Source of the DNA: Rhodosorus marinus CCMP1338 | Taxonomy: Eukaryota; Plantae; Rhodophyta | Direction: 5' to 3' | Assembly: GCA_029953675.1 (NCBI GenBank) | Contig: JAMWBK010000004.1 | Location: 372,001 to 436,000 of the forward strand | Length of the DNA stretch: 64,000 nucleotides | Part shown: piece by piece, positions 24,084 to 37,478 of the stretch | How positions within the stretch are numbered: position 1 is the first letter of the stretch | Layout: each line of letters opens with the position of its first letter | Notes under the pieces: model-generated | Seen by the model: only the letters and a program-made list of their open reading frames with translations | What the model was told of the DNA's origin: nothing | The model's database searches: none | Translations under genes and position numbers: made by a program

Positions 24084-26193
24084 GGACGAAAGTGCTTGGT
24101 TTGCTCCCGATGCCCGTGATGGATGGAGGAATCGGATTAGAAGAAGATATCCAAATCCGCACCAACGCCGAAGACTTTCGCAGTTGGCCTCGAGTTTGAG
24201 CTAGAATTTGGATATCCTCGAAGCATGATGAGCTCCAACCTCTTCTTGGTTACCCGTCGAGACGCATGGAAAGCGCAAAGTTCCTCCACCTCCACCTAAG
24301 AGCACAGTCATTTGATGTGGATACTTGTCTCTCTGCATGAGTGGAGCTGTTTAGCAAACGCGGCACTGTAGAGAAACCCGTGGAAGCGTTGGTGGACTAG
24401 AAACATTGACGAAGCTGTAGCTAGGGGTTAAGGGGTTCCCGACGGAGAGCCAGTTAATCTGCTTTTCACTGCAGAAGGAGCGCAACTCTGCGGGTTCTGG
24501 TAGAGGAGAAGCGTTGGATCTGCACCTTTGCAAATTGCAAGTCCAGAACAAGTTTGGTGGACTGTTTGGAGAAAATCGAACGCCACGTTACGTTATGGAA
24601 GATAGTGATGAGAATGATGGCATTCATGACGGTTCAGATATCGAAATAAGTCCGTTGGATGACGTGGAGGAGGTCCGGCTTGGTCCTGGAGTCCGGGCGG
24701 CGGTAGAGAAGTCAGTGCCTGTTGATGGCTTTTTGAAGCCCAAGACGGATGATTTCGATGAGAAGTAGGGATAAACAGTAGTTCATTCTACATTTAACGA
24801 TATTGATCCTGCTAACGTCTACTGATGGAACTGAGTATTCCTCTTGTCTTATGTCTGGGGTTCTCGATAGTGCCGTCATTCTGGAAGACAGAAGCAATGA
24901 CAAAGAAACGGGTGATGGAAAACCCTCAAGCTGAGGCTGCGGAGTACGGCTCGTACCAGACCCGAAGTTTAGCATAGACGCCAGCTTGGACGGAATCCTA
25001 GCAACTGCGGGATTCAGGGGAGGACGGAAAAGCCACTTAAAGCGCGCTCATCATTCCACGGCAAAAAGGGTTGACCTCAAATTATTGTTAGTTTTTTTCG
25101 CTTAAGTGAACGAAGATCTATACTCAACAGACGGATTCGCAATTATTATCTAGTTGGTGGACTGCGATTCAAGCGGCACCGCCTCCTGCCCAGTAGAGCG
25201 TTCCCGTGATGCACCAACCGCCTCCCCTCGGAGAACCCGCTTAAAGAATGGCATCGGGTTCACCCAGATCCAATCGTTTGGATCCCTAATTGTTTTCTGC
25301 GTTTTAATTCCCGAACTTCGAACGTTGTAGAGGAATCGCCTTGGTAGACTTGTAGCCTTGAAACGATGAGCCAATTCGAAGTGTTCCATGTTCAACTCCT
25401 TCGCCCTCCTCGTCAAGACGACCGAAACGGCGTCCAAAGCATCAGTGTTGGCAACATGCTTCGGAAGTCCATCCTTCGCATTCCCTGTAGCCTCTTTCTT
25501 CTCCCGAATCAGCTCCCTGACCTCCTGCTCTCCAGGATCAATCGTTCAAACCTCAAGAGTTAACGAAAACCCCAATAACATTGGGCTCTGGTCCTTACGA
25601 CTAGGACTAGCTTTGAGAGGCGTAAAATACCTTATCAGTAGTTCCTATACTAAGCAGGTGTTCGTTCGTCTCCCTATGGAACACTAGTGCCCGAATATGC
25701 TTGTTGCTTATCATCAACGCCAGCTTAAAAGGCGTCGTCGGCCTCCTCAACCTAATCCTCTTCATCCAGATTGAATCAAACAGATAATCTTCTCCAAGCC
25801 TTCACCTCGATCTTATCCTACTCCATTAGATAATCCCAACCTTCAACCAGCTTCAACTTTAGAAAAAAGCAGACTGGCACCCCCCCCCCCCCAAGCTTCA
25901 CCAAAAGCAGACTGCAACGTCTCAACGCTTTGGTAGTCTATTAGAAAGCAGCCGGGAACCTTGCTTGGGTGGTGGACAGGGACAGGGGGAGTCACAAGTG
26001 TGTGACTACGTAAGGGGAGGGTCTTTGGACTAATTTGAGCGTCTAAGGACTAACTGGCGGACCAACGGACTAAGAGAATAGCTCGCTCTCAGGGAAACAA
26101 CCGCGTGAGAAGTTCAGGTTAATAATGACTTTTTACTTAAGAGTTCCAGTCAAAGACCAAAAAAAACGGTCTCAGCGGAGTGCACTACATGCA

Positions 26194-28533
26194 CTACCGG
26201 CGAGCGACAGTGGTTCTCTTCGGAATCTGGGATTTCTTTACCCTGGATCCTGACTGGAGCGCTGTGCTTGCCTTTTTTATGGCAGTTTTTCGGATGGTTG
26301 GCTTCGGGTGCTCTATCGCCTTCTTTGCCAAGTCAGGGCTTGCTTTTGCCACGGTTCCAGCGGCTTGGGGCATAGTAGAATCTGTCCTGCCTCTTCTCGT
26401 TCTCAAAGAGGGTTTGGGTATTTTACTGACCGCCGGCTGCCTCGAAGGGAACGCGCTCTCTTGGTTAGGCTTCACGAGCGAGGGCTTCCTGTTCGCCGCG
26501 GTAAAGTTCGCTGAACGTTCTTGCCGTATGGTGTGCGGAACAGTCGGCACGACTGTGCCCACCGCCACTTCTGGTGTTTGATACCCGGGTGTTCTTTGGA
26601 CTTCTTCTTCCAGAGCACGGGGTCGACTCGAGCGTTTCGTCCTTTTCAGGATCTCCTTTTGCTTCAGCTCCTTTTGAAGTGCCATCTCCTTCTCAAGCTG
26701 CCGCTGAAGGAACAGATCCTGATCAACCGTGATGTCCAGACTCGTCCTGTTGGATGTACTCGAGTTGCGCTCCGCCACCCGTTCAATCGCCGCCGAAACC
26801 TTCTGGTTTGCTGCAGAATCTACATTTTCGGCGCTGATTCCCCGGCTTCTTCTGCTTGATGCCCTGCTCGGCGCGCGGGTCTTGACAGTTGATCCAGATG
26901 AGACAGGGCTGATGGGAGTTGAACCTTCCACAGAAGCTGCTTTTGCCAGGCTCGGCTTCCCCTTCCGTTCGCTTAACCGCAAAGGCTGTACTGGAGTTGG
27001 ATTTGGTGTAATCGCTGGCTCTATCTCTGCCCCGGTGCTGCTCATCTTTCGCGCCATCCTCGTAGCAGGTTTTCTTGACCCCGATGCGGATGAGCGCTTC
27101 TGTTCATTCGTCTGCGGGTCATCGCACAGGATCTTCTTGCTGACGCTTCGGACAGTAGATAACTCAACCTTGTTGCCAGTGGAAGTTGTCCGATTCTCAG
27201 GCACAATATGTTGTGGATCCTCAAGACCGGCCTTCCCTTGGGGTGTCCTTGAAAGTGAGTTTCGGCTTACAGGCAACGAAGCATGTCCAGTTCGGGTGTG
27301 GCTATCAGGGAGTAGTGATACCTCCGGGTACAGAGCCTGCGTAATTTTCGGAACCTGTCCAAAAGGTTCCACAGATTTAAAACGTTCAAACCCTCGTGAT
27401 TGATTCAGCTGTCGTCCGTGCTCAACAGGTTTGTCCTCAGTCGCTGGTGGTTGCCCTGCGCTGCCTGTCCTCGCCCGGCTCTTCCTGGATCGGTTTTCAT
27501 CTGCATTGGACTCTGCGGGCTTGTCACGAGTACTGCTCGCTGAAGGCGGTCCTTGAGCGGAAGTCGGAACGTTTGGCAGTTGCTGGTTGTTTTGCAACTG
27601 CGCTTCAATGACTCTGTCCACTAGCTCAGCCTTCTTTCCATTCGTGTTGAGGCCAGCAGCCTTCAGTTTAATCCGAAGTGCGGAGACGGTGTTTGTCCTT
27701 GAAACTTCATCCCGGAGGCCTAGATCAGGTTCCACCTTCCCGTTCTCGTTCTCACCGGCGGCTTTGGTCTCGCCAAGGGTCACCTCAGGATCCAACGGTA
27801 CCTGAGTCTCAGTCCTAATCTCAGCCTGGTAAAAACACGAATCTATCGCTTAGACACGCGCTGTGTTTCCTGTTCGTTCATTGGATTTTACCGATGCTCG
27901 ACCCACCTGCTCGGATAAAAGCGATTCGGCGGCCGCTTCAAGGACTTTTACGGCGGAATGGCCGCATGCATCACCTGCCAACTCTTCCTCGTCGTCAAAG
28001 CTTGGCAGCTTCTGAAGCGCGGGGGCAATCAGGTTTGAAGCTGAAGATTTCCGCGAAGTCAGCTTCTTAATGGCCGAGAGAAAAGGCGAAAAGAAAAACG
28101 GAGCTGGACTTGATCCCGAGGATGCGTCTCTGGCTGGTGTCAAGAAATCCGCCAAAGACGAACTCTTCCGATCAGGCATTTCGGGACTATTCATTTTTGC
28201 GGCCATCTCATTTTGAGTAGATCTCTGCTTCGGAGAATCTTCCTGAGACCAGCCTGTGACTTCGCTGCCGTTGTCCTTGTCAGTGCTCTGGGTTTTCTTC
28301 GCGCTTAAGCTGTCCACGTATTTCGGAGGAGCGTCCGAGTCCATCCATTCAGTTGCACCTGCAGCCGCTGCTGCAGCAGCTGTGAGCAGCAAACCTTCCA
28401 ACGACGAGCGGGCATTGGCTTTTCCACCAACCTTGCGTACTTTCCTCTTCGAGCTCTTAAGGATCGGTTTTGCTACTTTACTCACTTGCTCTTGCGGTTG
28501 GGCCCCTCTTCGTGCCCTTGTGGAAGCAGGCAT
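26194..28533 (-). CDS. Low-complexity basic protein with one SAP domain (2 or more exons)
   Basis: ORFs 27850-28665 and 26194-27795 join in frame through a GT-AG intron (SEQ|AEIRTETQVPL). The SAP motif reads TVSALRIKLKAAGLNTNGKKAELVDRV. Confidence 0.65.
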
Positions 28534-29204
28534 GGTTTCTTTCAAATCACAAGCGAACTGCAGTCCCAAAAAAGTCAAACTCTCCTTCTCTCCCACTAAC
28601 CTCGACGCATACCACCAGTACAGGCTAAAGGGCTCTCGCTCCGAAACCACCTCAGTCGAATGCACCCCTTATACTCAAACAGATATTCATCCATGCTCGA
28701 ATAAATCTGAAGGGGCACTATAGCGCTGAAGTGACCAAGTTTCCTTTTCTTCTCTGCTGTAACGTTCGCCCAACCATCCCAATAGAGAGAAGCCCACGGA
28801 TCACTGGCAAAGGGCAGTGCTAGCCAATTTCAGTTGTGAAACGGACATATTTTTACCAATGAGCTTATGATTAATTTGTATTTATGAAGAAAAAGTCAAG
28901 GTTGCTGACAGTTTTAGGGTTATGAGGGCTTTTGCCAGGCTGCGGCTTGCAGGCGACTGAGAGGCAAGTCTTCCCATCCGGGTTGGTCCGCCGTGCATGG
29001 GTGGGTGACTCCTAGGTTGTGATGAGCAGGGCGAGAGAGAGTATTGTAATTGAAGAAACACATTTTGTATGGATCCTGCGGATTTGCACGCAATAGCTTT
29101 GCTGAGGCGAGGTTGAGACCTTCTGTCGTTCCCGGGTCCTCTTTCTTCAAAGATAGTACAACTCCTGCTCACATGATTAGGACCACAACACTACGCTACA
29201 CATA

Positions 29205-29236
29205 GCTTTTGACAAGACTCATGTCTTGTCAAAAGC
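29205..29236. repeat. Perfect 14-bp inverted repeat with a 4-nt loop
   Basis: GCTTTTGACAAGAC-TCAT-GTCTTGTCAAAAGC. Confidence 0.9.
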
Positions 29237-30334
29237 GATCAGAGTTCCCCTACAAGTGCAGGGATACAAAGAAGAAATCGAAATCTTTTTGGCGCATTGC
29301 GTTGAGATTGACTGGTCAGTACTAGACGCATAACTAGTGACCACTTTCAACGCGGTGGTCACCCATACCCATGTATGGTCAGTAACCTCAGACTCAAGCT
29401 AGGACCCCCTAAACCCATTCGGAAACGGCTGTCCAATGTTGTCGCCAACTCCCAGTCAATGAAATCAGTTCTCGTTGGTGCAGAACTTCAACCGTTACAT
29501 AAAAAAAGAGAAACTGAGGACACGTGTAGGAAAGTAATTTGTTAGTTAGACAAGCTTAGAAATTTCGGTCGGCAAGGCATGGTGTTCGGCCGGTGACAAC
29601 AACCTGCTTGATCTCTATCATAGCGCACGCTAACACTGATCTTGCGAGCCAAAATGTTTCCTCCTGATATTCTGCAGACGTAATCCAAGTTGAAAGTCGT
29701 CCACTCCGGGGATAGAGTACCTTTGAAGGTGAAGCCTCACACGCCTTTTGGAACGAAAACCAAGGGCGGAGGAGAGGCGAGACGAACAGTTTTTAGCGAC
29801 GAGGTCGGGACCTCAAGGAGATTCTAGATCAAGTCCTCATGCAGACAGTCTGACAGACACTTGATATACGAATTCGGAAAGTGAGGAGCTAGCCGTGGGC
29901 TTAATTTCGATACCGTTCCCTCGACCACAGCTCAATATCATAGGTTCCCGGCTTCCGGCATTGGCAGCCTAGCTCTTGCCCTGTTCGAGTGCTTCACGTC
30001 TCCTTCATCTGGGACGATGCACAAGAGATGAATATCCTGATTTTAACAAGGCTTTTGTTTATCTGTTTTGTACATTGATTAACTTTCTAGCGAGTGTTCT
30101 AGTTCTCCATGAATTCCGAACGCTTCAGTACTTTGGGTCTGGATGGGACTCGTCAGAACCCACGTGCACTGCAGGAGGACGGATGAGAGGAAGCCTGCAA
30201 CTCTGGCGATCCTGTCGTTGGCTCTCTCACGACTCGACCATGGACAAGAACGGAGCCGATCAAATACCGCATACGTTGAAAATCGTGTTCGCTCCTGTCC
30301 GTCACACACACGCGATTCGCCGCAGAGAACCCAC

Positions 30335-31823
30335 TCACGGGGGTACGATCTCTACGACGTATATTTTCGGCCAGTTCTTGCCCGTTATATACAGAGTTTT
30401 GGTCTTCTCGTCGTATGCAATACCGTTCAGCACACCCGCCTGCGCAAGGGGAAACCAACCAAAACCTAGTTTAGTACAGGAATCGAAGTGAGAGACAAAA
30501 ACTGGCTGCGTTGATGTTTTCGGGCCTACTACGCGTCCCATAAGCTTATCCTCCTCTTGAAGCAGTCCTGTGAAGTCAATCTTGCCCTTGATTCGTCCTG
30601 TATCTGGGTCAATTCTCAGCACAACGTCCTGCTGCCAGACATTCGACCAAATCTCGCCATCTATGTATTCCAGCTCGTTTAACATGTCCACAGAAGTATT
30701 GTCATAATCATAAACCACGAGATTGTCCATTGACTTCTCTAAGGTGACAGGATCTATTAGGATAACAACGGAATGGTAAAGTCAGGCAAAGGCGGATGTA
30801 CAGTTCGTCAACATACAGGACGTTACAGGGCATCCGTACCAAGACGTCGAATCTCATCGCTCCCATCCGTCATGTACACAATCTTCCCGTCCGAACTCGC
30901 GGTTATGCCCCACCCTTCACCTTCGTATCTCCAAGTCCCGGTTAGTTCCTATTCCATACGTTTTGGTTCCGTGAGTTCCCGTGCTGAGATTTTCCGAGTC
31001 CAGACCATCGGGCTTGGAACTGATTGAGTACTTTCTAGAGATGCACGGGCCTTACCAAATCAGTTGGAGAGTATTTGAAGCCCTTTCCCTGCTTCCACAC
31101 AAGTTGAACTACTTCATCATTTACGAGAGCACACCCTTCTCCGAACAGATTGTTGTTCAAAGGCCGTCTTTGCAGATCCTTTTCTGCATCCAGTTCGTAC
31201 ATGCGCATCGCGCTTTTGCCTCTCAGCCCCTGGCTTTCATACATCAGCCCTGGAGAGCGGCGCCACAAAATATCACCAGAACCGAGGTCAGAACAGACCA
31301 AGTGGCACGATACTCACGCTCTGCAGCCTATGCTTACCGTTGTGGAAAAAGAGCCCTTGGGTAAAGGAGCTTGCGGTGTGGTTGTGCTTGCCCACGATCT
31401 TGTAGGAATAGACTGGTGTCGGTTCATGCTTTTCTGGCGCTGGAGTCTCTTCTGCTACAGGAGTAGCATCCTAGTATTACAAAAAAACAGAAGATACGCG
31501 GATATGAATCAAACAAGCTCCTCAAAATCAACGAAACAATCTGGATGCGGGCACATCCATACCCCCTCGCCTCTGCTTCTCAGTGTGAAAAGAACTGCCG
31601 CTGCTGCGCCGAGACAAACAACAGAGATAATCAAGGTCCAAACACATATCCGAATAATTCTAGATTTCCTCGAGGTTCCAGGGCCATTCCCCTCGTTCAA
31701 CCCGGCTAGATCATCCTCAAGGTCAAACGCAAATTCCTCAGGAGGTACCTCATCGGGATCAGCTCCCTCCACCCTAGGACTATACATTGACTCCGCACGA
31801 CGATATGAAGTTTCTCTTCCCAT
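30335..31823 (-). CDS. Plant/bacterial-type glutaminyl-peptide cyclotransferase with an N-terminal membrane anchor, multi-exon
   Basis: Motifs are H..SSFTQGL, LMYESQGLRG.S, FGEGCA, QLVWK, EGWGIT, TDGSD, LNELEYIDGEIWSNVWQ, VLNGIAYD and LYITGKNWP. Confidence 0.92.
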
Positions 31824-31890
31824 TTATTTATTCTACACACACGGAAGTTCTTTTTACATATCCAAACTCAACCTTAGCTTTCTTCATGAA

Positions 31891-32826
31891 CTCTTACGGA
31901 CGACCCCATCTCACTCAGTCTCTCTGCTTTCCCAACGACATCATTTAACAAGCTGCTCTGCTTCCAATCGAGTATGGGAAGCAGGTAAGGGCTCTGCCAC
32001 TCTTTGACTATCCGGGGTGCTGTTGAGAAGCATATAGGACACGGACCAGCTCATTAATAGGTAGTATGCATTGGTCGACTCTTAAAGGCAGCTCTATACC
32101 CATCTCACTCAGTCTCTTCGTTCTCTCGATGTCATTTAACAAGCTGTTTTGCTTCCAATTGACGATCGGAATCAGGGAAGTGCTCTGCCAGACTTGTACG
32201 ATCGGGGGTCCTGTTGAGCATCGACCAGCTGATTAATAAAGCATGCTTTGTTTGACTCTTACAGACCGCTCTGTACCCATCTCACTCAGTCCCTGCTTTC
32301 CCACCGGCATCATTTGACAAGCTGTTTTTCTTCCAATTGACGATGGGAAAGGGGTAAGCGCTCTGCCAGACTTCTACTATGAGGGGCGCTGTTGAGAAGC
32401 ATATAGAACATGGACCAGCTCATTAATGGAGTATGCGTTGGTCGACTCTTACAGACCGCTCTGTACCCATCTCACTCAGTCCCTGCTTTCCCACCGGCAT
32501 CATTTGACAAGCTGTTTTACTTCCAATCGACGATGGGAAAGAGGTAAGTCCTCTGCCAGACTTCTACTATGAGGGGCGCTATTGAGAAGCATATAGAACA
32601 TGGACCAGCTCATTAATAAAGTATGCATTGGGTTACTCTTACAGACCGCTCTATACCCATCTCACTCAGTTTCTGCTTTCCCGCCGAGATCATTCAACAA
32701 GCTGTTTTGCTTCCAATTGACGATGGGAAACCGGCAAGTGCTCTTTAAGACCTCCTCTATTGGGGGCGCTGTTGAGAAGCATATAGAACATGGACCAGCT
32801 CATTAATGAAGCATCTATTGGTCGAC
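31891..32826. repeat. Tandem array of 5 diverged units of about 190 bp
   Basis: The anchor CCATCTCACTCAGT occurs at 31906, 32100, 32277, 32467 and 32657, giving periods of 194, 177, 190 and 190 bp. The units share ACAAGCTG, TTCCAAT and GACCAGCTCATTAAT. Confidence 0.95.
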
Positions 32827-34071
32827 GACCTGTTAGAAGATAAAGACACTGTCAAATGAGCTCCGGCTCTCCCACCTGGAGGGGTACCACATAAAAGAAT
32901 ACAAGTATAGAAGTGTACAAAGTGTACAAAGTGTAAAAAGCGTCGCCAGCCGATGATGGAAGAACGGGTAGACTGCCTTGCTTGTTGGATCCGGAGTTTT
33001 AACAACCATCTAGACCATCGACCAGTCCCAACAGTGTAAAAGGATTCGTTTGGATGGTGTGCATTGATGCGCGACCTGCTGGAATACCAGCACAAGAGCA
33101 CTCGCGAGCTTCATCGTTCGACATGGAACACTCAGAAAATACCAGCGTTCGTGCTTCTGGGTCATCTATAGCGTGAGTGGAGGAGTACCTGGTGAAGGCT
33201 ATGCTTCCAAATTGGGAAACCGCATTTGGATGGGACCGCTTTCCTCGGGAAGGTGCTAAGTCTAATGGTGAAGCTTCGACGAGTCTGATACGAACATGCT
33301 TGATGTTTGAAGAGATGTGAAGTATTGCAAGTGTTGCATTATTGAGGACTTGTATGGAAGGACAACCGCAAGTTCATCTTGATGACAAGCTGTTTGTCCA
33401 TAAGACCTACTCACCAAAGCTCTCTACCGAAGCCCACCGCTCAGAATCCATGAGACACCCGCCAAGCAATCTTGCCCAAGCCTGTCACGGCATCAGCCAA
33501 GTGTTGAGTCCTTCACGCCAACTATTAGTGGATAGAGGACAGTTCGGGCGTGTGGACTCATCCAGGACCATGAAAAACATCCCATCAGGACAAGCGGGAG
33601 CGGCATATCAACGACAAACCAAACGCCAACCAGCGGATCTACTTCTTCGATGCACTTCGTAAGTGGCTGGTAGAAATGCTGCAAAACAAGGATACTACCG
33701 GTACAAAAAAGGATCGTCCTTTTGACCTCCCTATTGTTATCCAAGGCCTCTCGACAGGTCGGACTGATGTCTTTGGCACTACCACCATTAACGCAAGCTG
33801 TAAGGCAAAGTCTTTGCTGCGATGTCCTTCACACTTGCGTGGTGACTGAGGAGAAATACAATGCCTGGGTATGTACAAAGCTTGTGTGGATATCTGTTGG
33901 TAGCTTTGGTCGCCTGGAAATCAGCGGCAGCGTGTTTTCGTGGAGTGACAGCAATGGAAGGAAAGGCTTCTTCTCGATGTCGTCTGCTGTGATTTAGGGC
34001 CTCGTTTCTCGGATTTGGAATACGAAGAAGAGTTCTTTTTTTTTTTGATAGGGGTCACGGTTTTCGTTGGC

Positions 34072-36275
34072 ATGTTTAAAAGCTTCAAGAAGGCGCTTGA
34101 GGGACTAGACGGCGCTCTAGGTTCAGCAGGTCCGCTTGGCGAGGGCAGTCCGGCGGAGCTCCGTGTTGGGAAGCACTTCCGCTGCGGACCAGTCTCGTTC
34201 AGAATCAATCAAATTGTAGCTGAAGGAGGCTATTCCTTTGTGTATGCAGCTGAGGATGTGGATAGGCCTAATGCCTACTACGCGGTTAAAGTTATTCTAA
34301 TTAATGACGAGGAGGTGGGTAGACGCGCGCATGAGGAGATTGAGTTATTGAGAAGCCTTCCGCATCACCCGAACATTATGCGGTTCATTGCGGGTAAGAC
34401 TCCAATTGATTGAGACACCTATACCGCGTCAGTCGCATTGACCCTAAGATTCCGACAGGTAAGGTTCACGATCAGGAGGCTATGATCGTTACCGAGCTGA
34501 TTGACGGTGGTTCGCTGGCGGATAAGCTGCTGAGGAATCACGGAAGTACCTTTTCCGAAACGGAAATTCTGCGAATCATGGCAGACACCGCACACGCTTT
34601 GGCTCACCTCCACGCGCAGCAACCACCCATTGCACACCGGGACCTCAAGCTGGAGAACGTACTCTATGACCGACTCCAGGGACGCTTCAAGCTCTGCGAT
34701 TTTGGAAGCTGCACCACCAAGGCCTGTCGGTGAGCGTGCTTCTGCTGTTCCGTTTCCCTTACCCTGTTTTGGTTCCCGCAAGGGTCTCGTGAATGTACTT
34801 TGGGACGGAACTGAAGTGCTTACTGTTCAAAATGAACTGCTGTTCAGGTATGAGAGTTTCCAGGAAATTGCAAAGGAGGAAGAGGTTATTGCTGCACATT
34901 CGACTCTGATGTATAGAGCTCCCGAGATGGTCGATTTGTACCAGAAGAAGGTAAGCCAACAACGATGCCCTTGTTCCGACGCTGCGTCGCCAGTTTTTTA
35001 TTTTATTTCCCATCTGTACTTTATTTCGGGCTAAGGGTCATGCTCTTGTCCGTGTTGTAAATGAGAACAGCTCGTGTGTGAAAAAGTGGACGTATGGGCT
35101 CTTGGATGCATGTTCTATACTCTGTGCTACTCGGTGCACCCTTTCCAAGACGGGTAGGACCTCGTTCTAGAGCAACGAACAGCGGCACTTTAGAAGATGG
35201 ACTAACAAATCATGTGCCGGTCGGAATACCTTTGTAACCAGGACGTCGCTCCAAATTCTCAACGCCAAGTATACGACTCCGGAGACGCCCTCGTATACAC
35301 CAACTTTTAACAAACTGCTGAAGTCGATGCTGAACCCAAACCCGGAGACGAGGCCGGATATTTTCATTATTTTGGAAGGGCTTTGTCGAATGAGCGGGAG
35401 GCAGATGGATCCTAATCTAAAGCGCCTGGGTAAGCCAATGTCTGATCGGAAAGACAAAACCAGTGGTACCTGTGCTCGTCTGGTACTAATTTTTCCGGTT
35501 ACCCTGCAGGAGACCGTCGGCGGGATAATTCCGAGGCGTCGACGAGTAGTCCGAGATCAACGCACCACTTGAATAGTACGTCGGTTCCGGCAGGTGTATC
35601 CAAAAGCAAGCTACAACGCAATTCCCAGCCAAGGGGGTTTGATAGGCCAGACAACCCTCAGAAGCCGCAACCCCGAAAAGAAGGCGCGACGAAGCCGGCA
35701 GTAGCCGTTGCACAAAAGGAAGATCTGCTGATATCCTTGGAAGGTAAGTTACCTTTCCGTCTCAAATCGTCCAACTCCGCAAAACGTACGCATGGTTCAC
35801 TGAGCTCGGAAGAAATACCGTTCACCATCAGGGTCCGGGAAACCTGCGAACGACGACTGGGCGGATTTTGAGGGGGTTTTCGGTGGCTCTGAACAGAGCG
35901 CGACGAACACGGTGCAGGGAACAAACTCTGAACCAGTAGCAACGAGGTGGGCCAGACTGGGGGAGACGCGCTCATCCGCCTTGCCCTCAACCGCATGCCC
36001 TCTTCAGAGTTGTTTGACTAATGATGTTACTGCGTTTGAAAGTTTGCTGATTGGTTTTCTTGGATCTCCTACGCAGAACAACAGGCTCGAATCCGTCAAC
36101 TCCTGGCGATTTCCTCAGCGATCTTTACAAATCATCTTCTGATGGCGGGTCAAGTACCACCTCCGCTGCTCCTCGATCAATACCTTCATTTCTTTCATCG
36201 AAGCAGACAGCTCAGTCTAAACCTCGAAGCACCGATCCATTCGCAGACCTGCTCTCCCTTTCTAAGAGTAAATGA
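34072..36275 (+). CDS. NAK-family (AAK1/BIKE/GAK-like) Ser/Thr kinase, multi-exon
   Basis: Kinase motifs are AEGGYSFVY, YAVK, HHPNI, IAHRDLKLENVL, LCDFGS, HSTLMYRAPEMVDLY, DVWALGC and YSVHPFQD. The tail carries DLL and DPF endocytic motifs. Confidence 0.92.
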
Positions 36276-37478
36276 GCATCGCGCCAGACAAGCGCTAAAA
36301 GAAAACTAGTCACCTCCAATAACTGACACTTATTTGACTGAAGAATGACAGTTGTCGAATCTTAATTGGATAATGTGTATGTCATTTTAAAATAAAAAAA
36401 GTACACTGGATCCAGACGATAGCTTCTGCCAATCTGCTGTTCACTACGCAAGGCAGGTAGGAGTTGGCTGAAGCGGGTATAGGTCAGGTAATGTCTAAGT
36501 CTAGCGATCAAAAGCGAAGAATGGCCTAGTAGCCTTTAGCTCCAGTTGGGTATTCCTCGCTCTCTGTTTCTTATATCCGTTTTCTGGGTTTCTCACAGTT
36601 CTTGCAGTTTCCAATATATAGTCCTACTGAAGGTAACAATGTTACCACATTCTAACGCAGTGAATGAGCAAAGTCCTAACTGGTAGCATGATGAATGGTC
36701 TTGTGACTGCTATTGGTGAAAGGCGGGGCGAGCTCTCTTCGAGCGGCAGTGCAAACAGATTTACGCCTGACAGATACTCATAAATTATTTTTTTTAGATT
36801 GGATTCTTCGATATTGAAAAGTCAATTTCCATAACACAACTAGGAGTACCGCAAAGTCGGGGCAGGCCTCCAGGTTCTTAAAGACTCGTTCGTTACGCAA
36901 GCCGTGCAGATGAGTATCCCAATGAAGGTGCGATCATCTTTGCGTTCTTCGAGGCATCAAGCATAACGTAGTACGTAAGTTCCAGTACGCGTATTCCAAA
37001 ACGCTTCTAAGCAGACACCCACACCCCGCAAGATTTACCTTGGCTCCGCCAAGATTCCTGGATTTTTACCTAATTTCGGTCTTCCCGTCCCTGCTCGTTT
37101 CCTCCTTGGCCGCGTTTTTTTCACCATCAGCGTGCAGTCATGAAAAGAAAAGTATCCTTACGACGGTGCGATCATCTTTGCATTCTTCGATGCACCAATC
37201 ATTAAACTGGCACGTCACTTCTAGTACGCCCAGCCACCAAAGGCCACTAAGCAGACGCTCAGCGGATTGATTGTACCCCTCAACGCCCAAGGTGTAAGGC
37301 GCCATCTCGTCTTGGTCAGTTGAGCTCCCGCTGGTTCCTCTCTCCGGCGAGGTTTTTCCCGGGAAAGGCCGTCGTCGTTCACTGGTGTTGGAGGGCGAAA
37401 GGCGAAAGTTGGTAGTTCCTTTGTTTTGAGAGTGGGACGGTTGAATCCTTTCCTGAGTTATCACTAAATAGCATCACT

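Noticed and set aside
24514-25560. Two coding-looking segments (plus-strand acidic ORF from 24514 and minus-strand ORF 25150-25540)
   Set aside because: They may be real genes, but I found no recognisable motif and could not fix exon structures.
26180-28723. Long plus-strand ORFs (26729-27403, 28256-28723) and similar ORFs at 8729-9436 and 31150-32007
   Set aside because: They are antisense shadows of real genes on the opposite strand.
31891-32826. CRISPR-like array or H/ACA snoRNA cluster
   Set aside because: The whole unit is repeated with no unique spacers, the context is eukaryotic, and no ANANNA hinge sits between the two hairpins.
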